Below, piece by piece: positions 36,801-49,654 of a stretch of DNA of 64,000 nucleotides (positions are counted from its first letter, which is position 1; the number at the start of each line of letters is the position of its first letter). The translations under genes were made by a program, and so were the position numbers. A model generated the notes under the pieces. It saw only the letters and a program-made list of their open reading frames with translations. It was not told the DNA's origin and made no database searches. Source of the stretch: Narcine bancroftii (taxonomy: Eukaryota); contig NC_091476.1 of the NCBI RefSeq assembly GCF_036971445.1, positions 108,500,001 to 108,564,000 on the forward strand, read 5' to 3'.

Positions 36801-39800
36801 CTGACGCAAAAGATTTTGAAACATCCATGACATCCTTACCACGTTTGGAACATATGCTCTCCTTTAATTCAAATGTCTGAATACATGTTTCCGGTAAAAC
36901 CTCCTTTTCTTTTCTCTTTTTCAATACTAGACAATTTGCAATAACATGACCAGGTTTCTTACAAAAATGACATACAAATCCAGAGTTCTGTCCTTTCCCA
37001 ACTTACCTTCATCTTTTCTCTTAACATTCTCCCCAGACTTAATTTCAGAGTTATTTGTCTGCTCCACATTCACCTTCTGAATAGGTTTATTAATCTGCCG
37101 CCACGTCCCCACATCTCTCTCATCCAGGTATAATTTAATCTCATTTGGAACACACTTTTTAATTTCCTCAATTAATATAAATTCTCTCAATCTGTCAAAA
37201 TCATTATTTATTCATTCTGAGGTGCACCAAATGGTCAAAGCATATAGATTCTTTCAGAGCAAATTCCATATAAGATTGATTCCATGATTTCACCAAACAT
37301 CTAAATTTTTGTCTATATGTTTCTGGAACCAACTCATAAGTTTTCAATACTGCTTGTTTAACAGTATCATAATTTGCCACTTGCTCTGTAGTCAAACTAG
37401 AGTTATCAATTTGTGCTTTTCCTTTCAACACTTTGGAGCATAAGAGGCCATTTTTCTTTTGTCTCAGCAACCTTTTCAAAAAGTTGAAGATATGTATATA
37501 CATCTCCCTCATCAAAAGGAGGCACTAGATTTACTTCTCTACTAGCCAAAAACCTCTCCCCAGGAGTTACAGCCTCAATTCTCTTACCTCCCTCCATCTC
37601 AACTTTTAACTTCTCTAATTGAAACCATCTATCCCTTTCAACCTTTTACGTCATATTTTCTTTGACTTTCATCATCTTCTCTCCATTTTTAAGCCACCTC
37701 TAACTTGTATTTCCTCTGTTTTTCAGCCTCTTTGTTTTTCAGCTTGGTCTGCCTCACATCTGCCTCCAACACCTTCCATTTTTCTCTTTCTTTTTCCACC
37801 CTTAATTTCTCCAATTCCAATTGCAACTCAACAGATCTATCCTCTGGAAAATCTTCTTAAGTCTTTCTTTTTTTTTAAACTTTATAAAAAATTTTATGAC
37901 ATGAATAAAATAAAAATTACATTTAAAGAAATAATAAAAAATAAGATAATAAAAATTAGAATACTACATAATTAAACTACACAAATGAACCCCCCCAATA
38001 ATTATAACACAACATTAATCATCTAATTTAAAATTAGTCCAACCCTCCCCCCCAAAATAAAGAGTGAAGAATTAATTAACAATGTTGTAAATAAAATAGA
38101 AAAAAACCCACTTACAAAAAAAAGGATAAAACTTAACAACAACAAAAATTACTAACAACAAAAAAATATCAATACTAAAATAATACCCTTAAACATATAT
38201 TTAAATCAAACATAATACATGTATTTAACAAATGAAATCCACTTTAAAACTAAGTTCAAATATTAAAATCATATATCAACCACATATCTGTTATACAAAA
38301 AATCATAATTAATAATACATAAATACAGAATTTCCATTAATACTAAGTTTCCTTTATAATTCATCGAGAGAACAAAAACATCCCTTAGAAAAACAATCAG
38401 ATAAACTTTTTATTCCCTTCCCCTCCCCTTGTATAAAAAAGAAAAAAGTTCAAACTCATAAAATTCTCCATATTCTTCATTTATAACATCTTCAAAATTC
38501 TCTATCGAAATTAACTTAATTTTATTAAACTCTTCTCCCTCAATGTATTTGTACTTAATTTTCTCCTTTTTCTTCTTATCACCTTTCCCCTCAACTTCCT
38601 CTTCATCTAATTCAACAGCCCCAATTTTTGACTTATTATCTTCTGTGACAGAGAAAAAAAAACCGGAAAAAGAGAAAAAAAGGAGAGAAAAAAAACCTCC
38701 TAATTCCCTCTCAATTACAATCAGAAAACAAAAAGAGTTAAAAAAAAAAATTATTTATTTAAAAAAAATAATTAAAAAAAACCTTCACTTCTTAACTCAA
38801 AAATTAAAAAGAAAAAAAAGACAGGTCGGAGGTCACAACTACCTCCTCCTGTTTAAACCGCCCAAAGCGGTAACTCCCCCAAAATATTGGGTGTGAGATA
38901 ACTCACAGGTAGCTGATGACTTCTGGAAACTAGTGCCCACCCAGTTCCCTCTCCCAACTCCCATTTCATTAAACTATCATCATTATTTAAACTCTTCTCA
39001 AAAAAAAAGATTAAAAAATTATTTTTTTAAATCAATGTTACCACTTCAGTCACCATTGCTTCCATTTCTTTTAAAAAACTGGATCCCACCTTACATCTCT
39101 ACTCTCTTTGGAGACCTTGAAGGACTACATCGTTCCTGAAACTGCATGATTGGTAGAGACTGAGCAAAGTCCATAACCTCTTTAGGATTGTCAAAGAACT
39201 TTGGCTAATTTCCATCCTAAAAAATCTTCAGTACTGCAGAATACCTGAATGTTGCCTTATGTCTTTTTTTCCCACAACCGTTCTTTCACAGAATTAAATT
39301 CGCGTCGTTGAAACATAATTTCTTGACTCAAATCTTGATAGAAGAAAACAGGATTATTCTGAACCATCAAAGGAGATCTATTTTGCTGGGCATTTCTAAT
39401 AGCCGTACGTACAATTGTCTCTCTGTCACAATAGTTTAAACAACGGATCAAAACAGATCTTGGATTCTGTCCTGAAAAAGATTTTCTTCTTAAAATTCTA
39501 TAAGCACATTCCAGTATTAAACCTTCAGGAAATTTATCCTGTCCTAACACTCGTGGAATCCATTCAGTAAAAAATTTTCTTGGATCTGGTCCTTCTATGC
39601 CTTCTGGCAAACCAACAATTTTCACGTTGTTCCGTCTAGATTGATTCTCCAAATAATCAACCTTTTGCTAAATTTTTATTTTGGATCTGCAATGTTTCAA
39701 TTATTCTATTTTCACCTGTGCATCGACTAAACCTTGATCACACATTTCAAATCTTTCAATGGTTTCAAGCTTATAAGCTCCATTAATGACTTCCGCCATC

Positions 39801-41908
39801 GCATTAATCTTGGAAATAAACAGGTTCACAAAATTAGCTAAGTGACTCAATACAGAATATATCTTATCTTCAAGATCCTTAACAGACATTTCAACAGAAG
39901 TAGATTCAGGCATAATGGGGTCTTGCTGTTCCTTAGAGACCATGGGATCTTCTGTCCCTTCCCTTAATTTAGTATCTTTTCTAGCAGTTTGACTTCGTAT
40001 AAAAATCCCTCTCAAAGTCCCCCCAGCAATGCCAGGAGACTGAAGATCAGGGTTATCTTTAAGCCAAATCTCTTTAATCATCTTCACTGAATCAATGTCT
40101 GGAAAAACCGTTGTAATTGAAGATGCATTTTTCAGCGCCACCACTGTAGCAGTCGAATGACAGCTCTTTATCTCTCCAGCTGGTGGCGCCCCAGCTGATT
40201 CAACTGTCAAAGCCTCTGCAACAGCACCTGCAGTGGCCACCGTGCGAAACACTGGCACCCGTCCAGCCCCTTGTTCTGAAAGCTGTTGAGTGCGACCTTC
40301 AGAGAGCCTCACCGGCTTAAAACGGAGCTTCAATGCCGAACTCTGCACGTCCTCCTCTGGATCCATTCTACGCTGAGTCCTGGCTTCTTGTAAACAAGTA
40401 GGCTCAGACAATTTCGGAAAATGTAATTTTTTAAGTCTGTTGATGTTTTCTTTTACCTTTTTTTTGCATATAAACCATTAGGCACTAATCCAACATCTCT
40501 TATTATTTATAAACTTTTAAAAGAACTTTAACGGGCACTTAAAGACAAAACAATAAATCAGAGTCAGGAGAGGTCTGGAAGGCACGTCTGTTCCCTACGC
40601 CATCTCTTGCCACGCCCCCTTCTTAAGTCTTTCTCAACAAATTTTCCCTCACCTATATCATATTTCACTATAATCCTCTGTATTTGTATTTTCCTCATCC
40701 AATGCTTACTTTAGTCAGTTTTAATGCCTTAGAAATAGCCGTCAGTTTCTCTTGCTCTGCAGCTCTGCAGGTGATGGTTGCAAAAAAAAATATATCAACA
40801 TCCATTGCTGCTGTTTTTCCACACACAAGCTTTAAATTAGCTTAAAAAAATCAATTAACTAATAAATCACAAAAACTGCAATTGTCGATTCAAAAGGTCG
40901 AGGCCCCATAAAATGTTACAAGCCCTTAAACCCAGCAGCAATAGATATTCACCCAGACAAATGGTTACTTAAACTGAAGTTGCTTTTAATTATCTTTAAA
41001 CATGAAAACAGAATTGCACTTAATCACTATTGACTTAACTAACCTAACTTAACCCCCTTCTAATTCTAAGCACATGTGTGTGTAAGTTCAGAAAAGTTCT
41101 TTGATTCACAGTCCAATCTCACTTCTCATTCCTCCAAGTTCACTGGTTGCAGGCAATTCTTATACTGTGCACAGAATTTAACATTTATAATGTTCACCAG
41201 GCTTTGGTGCTTGAAAAGTAAATGGGGGTTACTGCTCAGGAAGGTTCTTGTCAGTTTTCAGAGAGAGATTTGTTGTTCCTTTTTAATCAGCTACTTCAGT
41301 GTCTTGCTGATGAAACTTGCCCCCTCAGGGTTCTCCAGATGATGACCTCCTTCTTTCAGGTCACCACAGAGTTCCTTCTTGTTTCTCATATTCCAAGTGA
41401 AACATTTGGCAGCCAACCCTCTCCTCTTAGATGAACCACAAAGGCTTTGACCAGGCTGAATTAAGAACTCACAACCCATCTTCCAAATGGGGCTTTCCGC
41501 AAGCTTGCCAGCTTGTCCTGTTCCAGTCTCAGCTGCTGTTGCTGACTGCTGTAGATGTGTTCTCCCTCTCTCTCCCCCTCTCTCTCTCTCTCTCCCTCTG
41601 AGAGAAGGCCTGTTTGACTTCTCTGCTTGCAAATCACATGACCCTCTTAGAACAGCAAGTTCTCTTCCAGAAAGAAAGTGGCTCCGACAAGCTCTTTCAC
41701 CTGTTCCCTTTTTGTAAACAACAATCCATTAGTGAAGTCTCTTGGGCACTCTCCAAAGCTTCTGCAAAGGTTCTGGGGCTGATATGTCTAGCATTAGCAG
41801 AGCTCCCGAATTTCAAATAAGATCTGTTTTAAAGTGTTTGTATATGATCTACTCTATCAAACCTTTCCCAATTTATCTCCTAAAAACATATCTATATACT
41901 CTGTCATA
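33879..41908 (-). mobile_element. Degenerate Gypsy (Gmr1-like) LTR retrotransposon; 3' LTR 33879-34807, 5' LTR 40914-41908
   Basis: Paired ~1-kb LTRs, PPT (AAAGGGGGAAAG) at 34808-34819 and a tRNA-Pro-like PBS (TGGGGCCTCGACC) next to the 5' LTR. Internal remnants: SCAN-like gag (YELVPETYRQKFR), zinc knuckle CHFCKKPGHVIANC, protease LRDTGA, RT (LDLLKGYW, YIDD) and RNase H (DAS..YSTIEKELL..TDHNPL). Many stops and frameshifts. Confidence 0.92.
37869..40618 (-). mobile_element. ORF1-only L1-like (HAL1-like) non-autonomous LINE nested in the Gypsy gag
   Basis: ~16-bp TSD CTTCTTAAGTCTTTCT (37853-37868 and 40619-40634), GC-rich 5' end (GGGGCGTGGCAAGAGATGGCG), L1 ORF1 motif ENQSRRNNVKIVGLPEGIEG and an A tail. 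No EN/RT is recognisable. Confidence 0.85.
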
Positions 41909-41949
41909 GTAGCAGCAACACTTTGTATAATTTTAAGCTTTATAATTCC

Positions 41950-42720
41950 AATCTCTCACTCAGTCACCAAAACCAAGGAGCTGATTGTACACTTTTGGAA
42001 GGGAAAACTAGATGTATGACCCAGTGATCATTGTGGGATCAGAGTTGGAGAGGGTGAACAAATTTAAATTCCCTGAGAGTCACTATCTTGGAAGATCTTT
42101 CCTGGACCCATTATGTTAATGCCATTATGAAGATTGCATGACATCATCTCCACTTTCTCAGGAATTTGAGGAGGTTTGGTATAATATCAGAAATGTTGGC
42201 AAACTCCTACTGACTTGCTGGCCAGCTGCATCATGGTCTGGTATAAGAACACAAATACCTCTGAGTGGAAAGCCCTCCAAAATGTAGTGGACACAGCCCA
42301 GGACATCACAGGCAAAACTCTCCCTACTACTGAGAACATCTACAGGGAACGTTGCCATTGGAGAGCAAGAGCAATCATCAAGGATCCACACTACCCAGCA
42401 AACACTCTGATCTTGCTGCCACATGACTAGATTCAGGAACAGCTGCTCCCCCTTCACCAGCAGAATCCTCAACTTCACTCAATCAGACACATTTAAGGAT
42501 GCTTTGCACGTTATTTATTGTTGAATATTTTTTTCTGTTTTTGCGCAGTCAGTTTGCTTAAATTTCTTTGTTCACACTTTTCTTCTGTTGTAGACTTTTT
42601 CTTGGGTACAGTTTGCACAACTAACAAGTAGAAATTCTGCTTGGCCCACAGGAAAAAGAATCTCAGGGTTGTATGCCAAGTCATGTACAGTATGTACTCT
42701 GACAATAAATCTGAAATTTG
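41950..42720 (+). mobile_element. Rex1/Babar-like LINE 3' fragment (related pieces at ~29620-29990 + and ~46130-46440 -)
   Basis: KTKELIVHF..ERVNKFKF, CIMVWY..LQNVVDTAQDITG..IIKDPHYP and a shared GTACTCTGACAATAAA tail. Confidence 0.7.
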
Positions 42721-44281
42721 AAGGTGCTTTACAGAGTTTTTCACTTATGGAGATGTCAGGAGAGGTAACCAGAAGATTGGTCAAAGTAGGTTGAAAACCT
42801 CTGCAAGCAAAGGGTAGAGGGGTGGAGAGATCTGGGAGAGCATTGCAGGGCTTCAAGCTGAAGAAATAAACACTGATAAAGGTGGGTGCAAAGGGAATTG
42901 GGGATTTGCATGAACTTTGAATCCAGGAATGCATGGATCAAAGAATGTTGTTAGATAAGATTACAGAGACAGAGAGGGTAAAGCCTTAGTGGGGACAGAA
43001 AGCAAGGATATAAAATGTTTAAAGTGAAATGATCTTTTAACTGAATTTAGTCTGCTCTCATTCTGTCCATGTAATTGTTACAAAAATCCAGTTCACCATT
43101 AAGCAAACACAAGAGCATCATCAGACACTCAGGGGAGGTGGTTACTTTTTAGAGGGGAGGTGGGCAAGTTCTCAATTAATAGCCTCTGGAAAACTAGAGT
43201 AGCCGGTGATCCTTCAGTTCATCATATCACTGGTTAATTTTGGGTGGTGATTAGCTCAGTTTATATACAGGTATAATTTTTTTCCCCCATTTTGAAGAGT
43301 CTTTAACTAAGTACAGCTTTGCATTAAGAGAGTTTGTAATCATCTTCATTCTTCGGTTTTGACCATTGTCCCAGTGTTGTGTTGTTTATTTATAGTTGAC
43401 ATGATAAAGGTCAAGGATCCATTATCGTCACAAAATACTACATTTAGAATGTAACATACATGAAATTCTTTAACTTTATCTACTGTAAGGAAGATACAGT
43501 CACCACTTTATCCAGTGCCCCTCATAGAAATGAGACCCCAGCAAGGAACAAACTCACAACCCCTGGTTTACAAGACCAGTGCTCTAACCACTAAGCTATT
43601 GGAGAACCTGTTCTGCTCAACTTGTTTAATTGCTCTCCTGGCCATTCTCACACCTACTGCCTTCTGTAAACTCACCTGACACTCCTGTCAACATCACAGT
43701 TGATCGAGCCTCTTCCTTCATTTCTTATTCCAGTGCCCATTGCTCCTCATTGGCTCACAGTCTGACAACTTCTGAATTTTTAATATGTTTATCCCTGTTT
43801 CCCTGCAGCCTTTCCTTCCACATTTCTGGAAACCTTACAATCTGCAACTTTTCTACTCTGGATTAATAAATAAAACCACTTCATTTACCCACCATCAGAG
43901 TTGGTGCTTTAAACTTTCTAGGCCCTTAGTTCTGTAACATATTTTCAAATCATTTTGGCTTTCTGTTTTTTCTTAAAATCCACTAATGTTCTGGCCTTCT
44001 GTCCAATCAGGCTGTCAATCATTAAATTTAGTTTGATAACAAACATCTGAACTTCCCCAGAAAATTTTACTATGAAGCTAATATTATAAATGTGAATTAT
44101 TGCTAGTGTCAGAGGAAATACATCAATATTTGGAGCGTTCCCACTCAAAATTCCACCACACTATATTTTAACTCTGATACCTTTAAATACAAACCTATTA
44201 CATTAGAAACACAATCAAAACAGAAGTATTTGGCCATAAGGTTGTTTTGTTGTTTTTGTTTCAGAGCAAGGAGGAACTTAC

Positions 44282-44530
44282 AAGAGGTTGATCTCGCCAC
44301 CAAAAATCCTGCTGCGAAATTGCCACAATCTTAACGCGCCCAATGCTTTGTGTCCAGCTGAAGCCGCTCTTCTTCAGGGCAGAGACCTGCTATGTTTTAC
44401 TCAGAATATTAATTTGCCATCTGCAAGGTAGTCTGTTGAACTTCTGTACTTCTGTTACTGGTTCTTGCGTCCAGGAAACCACACCAGAAGTGAAGAAAAT
44501 GGTTTCAGTTACGTTTTACTCCTTTTTAAA
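44282..44530 (-). promoter_or_regulatory. Candidate non-coding first exon/promoter of the JAML-like gene
   Basis: |gtaagt donor at 44281 in unique CpG-containing sequence. Upstream are clustered RUNX (AACCACA), ETS/IRF-like (GAAGTGAA) and GGTTTCAGTT motifs at ~44473-44510. Confidence 0.35.
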
Positions 44531-47500
44531 CAAGCCTCTTTTCTGAAAAGTGGAGGTGTTTGGGGATAAATCTTCCTTTTAATTAAGAGAAAAACATTTC
44601 AATAAATTTAAAGCTAATATTTACATGGTGCCTTTCACAGTTTTTACAGGTGGTGGAAAATTTTTGATGTTTTATGATATCAGACACATTACAGACACCA
44701 GAGAGAGAAAACATCAGGGCAGTTGACATCCATTGAAAGTACTTTCAAAATCAGTTATTGTAATAATGAAAGACACACAATTCAGCAGTGGTGTTAAATT
44801 CTTACACCTTCAAGGCCCAATCCTGATCTCTGGTGATGTCTGTGTGGAGTTTGCATGTTTCCAGAGGACTGTGAGTGTTCCAGAGGTGCTGCATTTACTC
44901 CACACATTCCAACAACATGCTGATCATTAGATTGGCCACTAGAAATTATCTGTTAATGAAGGTGGCTGGTGAGGGAATGAGGTGGTATTAATATGTAACC
45001 AAAGGGAAACAACTGGGAGAACAAGGCTGATTGGAATGGTCTGAGAGGTGGTGTGTACAGGCAGAACTATTGTCTCTCCCTGTTACAAGAAAATAGGAAA
45101 ATTTGGCCAGGGGATCCTCCCATTGCAACAATATGCTCCTTAGGCCAAGATTACAATGGCTCTTCTTTGAAATAGTGCCTTGTGATTATTTGTGTTTATC
45201 TGATGGAGTAGAAGATCTCCCACAAGGTAATAATTCCCCCTCAATATTCACCATAGAACATCAGCCTAGATTTTTGAGCTTGTCTTGGACCTGATCATAT
45301 AACTCAGGCAAAAATGATACACTGAGCCATATCTGATGCTTATATGTATTTTTTGGTGCAGTTTAGTACAGAACTGACATGGCAAAGTTATGCCTTAGGC
45401 CATTTTAATCAGTGAAATGTACTTTCAGATGCTAAACAAAGATCTCAGTGATCCTCTACTGTGGTCATGGTATCAGAAAATGATGATAGGATGGAATTAG
45501 CCCAGCTAAAGACTTGCTGCAATAAAAAGACTTCCTCATTTTACTTCTGATCCTTTGGTCAAAGTTCTTGACCTCCACCAACAGTTGTTATTATTTCTTC
45601 TCTGTCTACACCCTACACCTTTCATGACTTGCATCTCAACCAGATCACCTTGTAACCTTCTCTCCTCCAAAGAGAATTATTCCAATCGATCCATATAATC
45701 GGAGACCCTCCTCTCTTCCATCATTCAAATAAGCTTCTGCACCCTCCCTAAAGCCTTTACATTTCCTAAATGTGGTTTCAGTTGTGGCTGGACCAGTGTT
45801 TTAGAAAGATTCATCCTGATTTCCTTGCTCTTGTATTTTGTGCTTTTCTTTATAGAGTCTGGATGCTCTTTTCTATTACCTCCTTAACCTACCCTGCCAT
45901 TTTCAACAAACAATGCATGTATACCCTAGATCTATCTGTTCTTGTGTCCTCACGATTAGGTAGCCCCTTCTCATCCTTCCTACCAAAGTGTAATGCCTTT
46001 TCTTCCTCAGCATTACATTCGATCTGCTATCTATCGACTCATTCCTCTTAGTTCATTTCCAAGATATTGTTATTTACAAATTTGGAAATTGTAGCCTGGA
46101 TGCTCAATTTTAATGTTCAAATTTCAGATTTATTAACATACAAAAAAAAAACTGTACTCAAGATGCATGTACCAATGAGAGAAATGTAAACGAAGAAAGA
46201 AATGTAAACAAGCTGTATTATTCAGTAATAAATAATTTGCAAAGTAAGAGTCCTTCAATGTGTCTGAGTTTACTATTGAGGAGTCTGATGGCGGAGGGGT
46301 AGCAACAATTCCTGAACTTGGTGGTCCGAGTCTTGTGGCACCCTACACCCCTTTCATCATGGCAGCACTGGGAACAAAGTGTGCTGGGTGGTGTGGATCC
46401 TCGATGACTATTGCTGTTCTTCGACAGCAGCGCTCCATGTTATTAAATTATTAATGTGGCTGTTACTTATTATCAATTTAAAATTGCATATTTGAAGTGC
46501 CAGTAAGTGCTTGACACTTGACAATTCAACTTGCTTTGACCATTAAATTTGGTCACCAAGCCAACATAGAACTTCTCTAAGAAGAATAGGACAAGTTTAG
46601 AGGGATGCATACCGAAAATGGGCAAATAAGACTAGCTTGAGACAACTTGGTCTGCATGGATAAGTTGGGCCAAAGAGCCTGTTTCTGTGGTGTAAGACTA
46701 TGAATGACTGGATTTCTTTGATCAAAAAGCCCATTTTTAGAACAATTCTGCCAGCCCACACCTCATTACAACCCCCTTTTCCACTAGCACCTGGTCCCAG
46801 GAATTAACAAGGAGTTAACAGGTTAAGGGGCCAGTGAAAAAGGAAAATAATCAACACACCGGCATCAAAATGATATCAAATCATACCAGGGATAGAGACC
46901 TCAACCCCAACTCATATCCCCAATGACAGTGGATCCTAACATGCTGATTAAACCAGTGGAAAAAGAACAACTTCCATCCATTCCATTCGAATGTAGACTC
47001 TTCAATCCCCAGGGATGAGTAAAAAAAGTAGCCCAGTGGAAGCAGCAAAAACTGCTTCCTATCCTGGGACACTGAACGGCCAATTAAAAGGGGATGCCAG
47101 TGGAAAAAGAGCTAAAGAAATCAGTTTGGAACTACCAGCGGGGGAAATTACAGGTAGACCACAGGAGTCTGTTTCTGCTGGCTTTGGGTACACCAGTACT
47201 GCTTTCAGCTATATTGCAACTCACTAAAGTAAAAGTACATCACAAGCGCATGATACATCACCTCATACATCACAAAAAGGAAACCGAACAAAGGAAAATT
47301 TAAAAGATGCTTAATTAGGAACATGGTTAAATTGCAATAGATCTGTAGATATCCAGGTTAAAGAAGGTACCAATATCCAACTTGGTGCTTATCTTTAATC
47401 CAGTCTCCTGCAGATCAACATAATTTACAGTAGGTATTCTAAAGCATTTTTCTGACTTATTCATGAGATCAAGAGGTTGTCTTCAAAGAGTGATGAGGTA

Positions 47501-47654
47501 TTTCTTGAACTGCTGTTGTTCAGTCTCAGGATGAGTTGCTAGCCATTTAGAACCAAGGTGAAGGAAAGTACATACGTGGGAAAATGTTTTGTGTCTATGT
47601 ACAAGGTAGTATGCCCACTAATTCTCACAGAGCAGAGACTGGTCTCCACTTGTC

Positions 47655-48470
47655 TTAATGAAACACAAAAGTTTGCAGATGCTGCAATTGTAGTAAAAGC
47701 ACAGGAATGCTGGGGGAGCTCAGGAGGTCTCACAGCGTCCATAGAAGATAGATATATTACCGATGTTTTTGACCCGAGCCCTTCTTCAAGAGCAGGCAGT
47801 GTCTGGGGCAAAAAAAGAAATGACAGGGGGAGGAGTATGGAGTAACAGACAAAAGGTGTTAATTGGATATGGAAGCCAGGAGAAAGGAAAGTTGACAATT
47901 GATGGGGGAACAATTGGATCTGTGAATGAGGAGCAGAGTTAAAGGAGACAGAGGGAAAAGGGAAGAGAGGGATAGAGCTACAGAAAAGGATTCGTGGGGG
48001 GTGAGGGGGAGGGGGCGTTTTGGCTAATGGAAACCAGAGAAGTCTAACTTAATGCCATCTAGTTGGAGGGTGCCCAGATAGAAGATGTGGTGTTGTTCTT
48101 CTAATTTGTGGGTGGTCTCAGTCTGGTAGTGCATGAGACCATGGACAGACATGTCAGCAAGGAAATGGGATGGGGAATTGAAATGGGTGGCCACTGGGAG
48201 ATTCCCACTATTGAGGCAGTGAGAGCCCAGTCTGAGTTCAGTTCCCCGATGTCGAGGAGGCCACGACGTGAGCACCAGATACAGAAGATAGATTCACATG
48301 AAGTGTTGATTTACTTGGAAGGACTGTTTGGGTGCCTGAATGGTGGTGAGGGAAGAGGTGTGAGTGGAAGTGGAGTATCACCTGCAGTCACAGGGGTAGG
48401 TGCCAAGGGGGCAGTGGGTGGGAAGAGTGGATGAGGGAGTCACAAAGGGAGTGCTCCCTGTAGAAGGTGG
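47655..48470 (-). mobile_element. Penelope-like element fragment
   Basis: LPVATHFNSPSH..MSVHGLMH..HKLEEQHHIFYLGTLQLDGIKLDFSGF. Confidence 0.75.
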
Positions 48471-48972
48471 ATGGGGGAAAACCCGCACTGCTGTAAGGAA
48501 TTTGTACCTTCTCCCTGCACCTGTGTGGGTTTTTCCTGGGGGCTCTGGTTTCTTTCCACCATTCAAAACATACTGGTGGTATAGTTTAATTGAGTGTAAA
48601 TTGGGCAGCATGGACTCATGGGCTGAAATGACCTGTTATTGTGCTGTATATCTAAAATATCTTAAAATGTGTCTGGTAGTGGGATCCACTTATTGTAGCC
48701 CCTTTTCCGTTTTCTCTGAGAAGTTTGTATGATAGCTGGTGTAACTGCACCTGAACAGCACTAGCAACTTCCACTCTTTAATATGAAATTTGGGACTGGG
48801 AATGTCACGATCCCTGTAGACAATCTCAACAGTCCCATACTGGAATTCCACTCTACGTCATATGTCAGATACTCCAGTGCTTTAGTCTGTGGTTCATAAA
48901 ACTGGAATGCAAATAATTCCTCCTCAAAACTAAAGAAAAAAAAAGTCAAAAGGCAGTATAGTTTGTGTAGGA

Positions 48973-49654
48973 CAACGTTTTCCAAACTGGGTTCTGCGGA
49001 AAAAATGGGTAGTGATAATTAAAACTTGTAATAACTGTTTTTATTTAATTTAAATTACTTTTTACCTATATTTCTAAACAGTTGCCTCAATGCTAACAAA
49101 ATGGAGTCCTGAAGACGGATTTTAGCAGCGAAGACTGTCAGGTCTCAAGATGCTATATTCAATCAGCACCTGGTTGGTGGGGATGGGGGTTAGTGATGGA
49201 GGTGTCAGAAGCTTGGGCCTGTGGGCATCAGGAGCCAGGATGCAAACCCATATCTGAGGGATCAGGAACTCCACATGCAGGATCAAACTTTAACTTACTA
49301 CCTGCATCAGAGGCATTCTGAGATCCAGCCTGTGGGCAGCTGGGAACGGGTTGGAAACCTGCTTCTGGAAGGACGGTGATGGTGGGCATTTGGGGTCTGG
49401 GACGTCGGTGATATTTGTATTTGCAATTTGGTTAATATTCAGTTGAAACAAAATAATCAAATTCTGAAGAAATGGGATCTTGCAAGCTCTGGCTCAGATT
49501 GCTTACTGTTTAAGAAAAATAATTTAAATTAGACACAACCACGCTTGAACTGTAAGTTGATGTCATTCTACTTTTGGTCAGTAACTACAGGGTTCCGCGA
49601 TATCCAAGTGCTTCCCAAAAGGGTTCCATGAGTTAAAAAGTTTGGGAAGCCCTG
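48973..49654. mobile_element. hAT-like non-autonomous DNA transposon
   Basis: Termini CAACGTTTTCCAAACT / AGTTTGGGAAGCCCTG with subterminal GGGTTC(C/T)GCG repeats. No TSD is evident. Confidence 0.45.

Noticed and set aside
43097-43121. MMLLCLLN|gtgaac as the JAML signal exon
   Set aside because: Too short, with an in-frame stop upstream and a weak donor.
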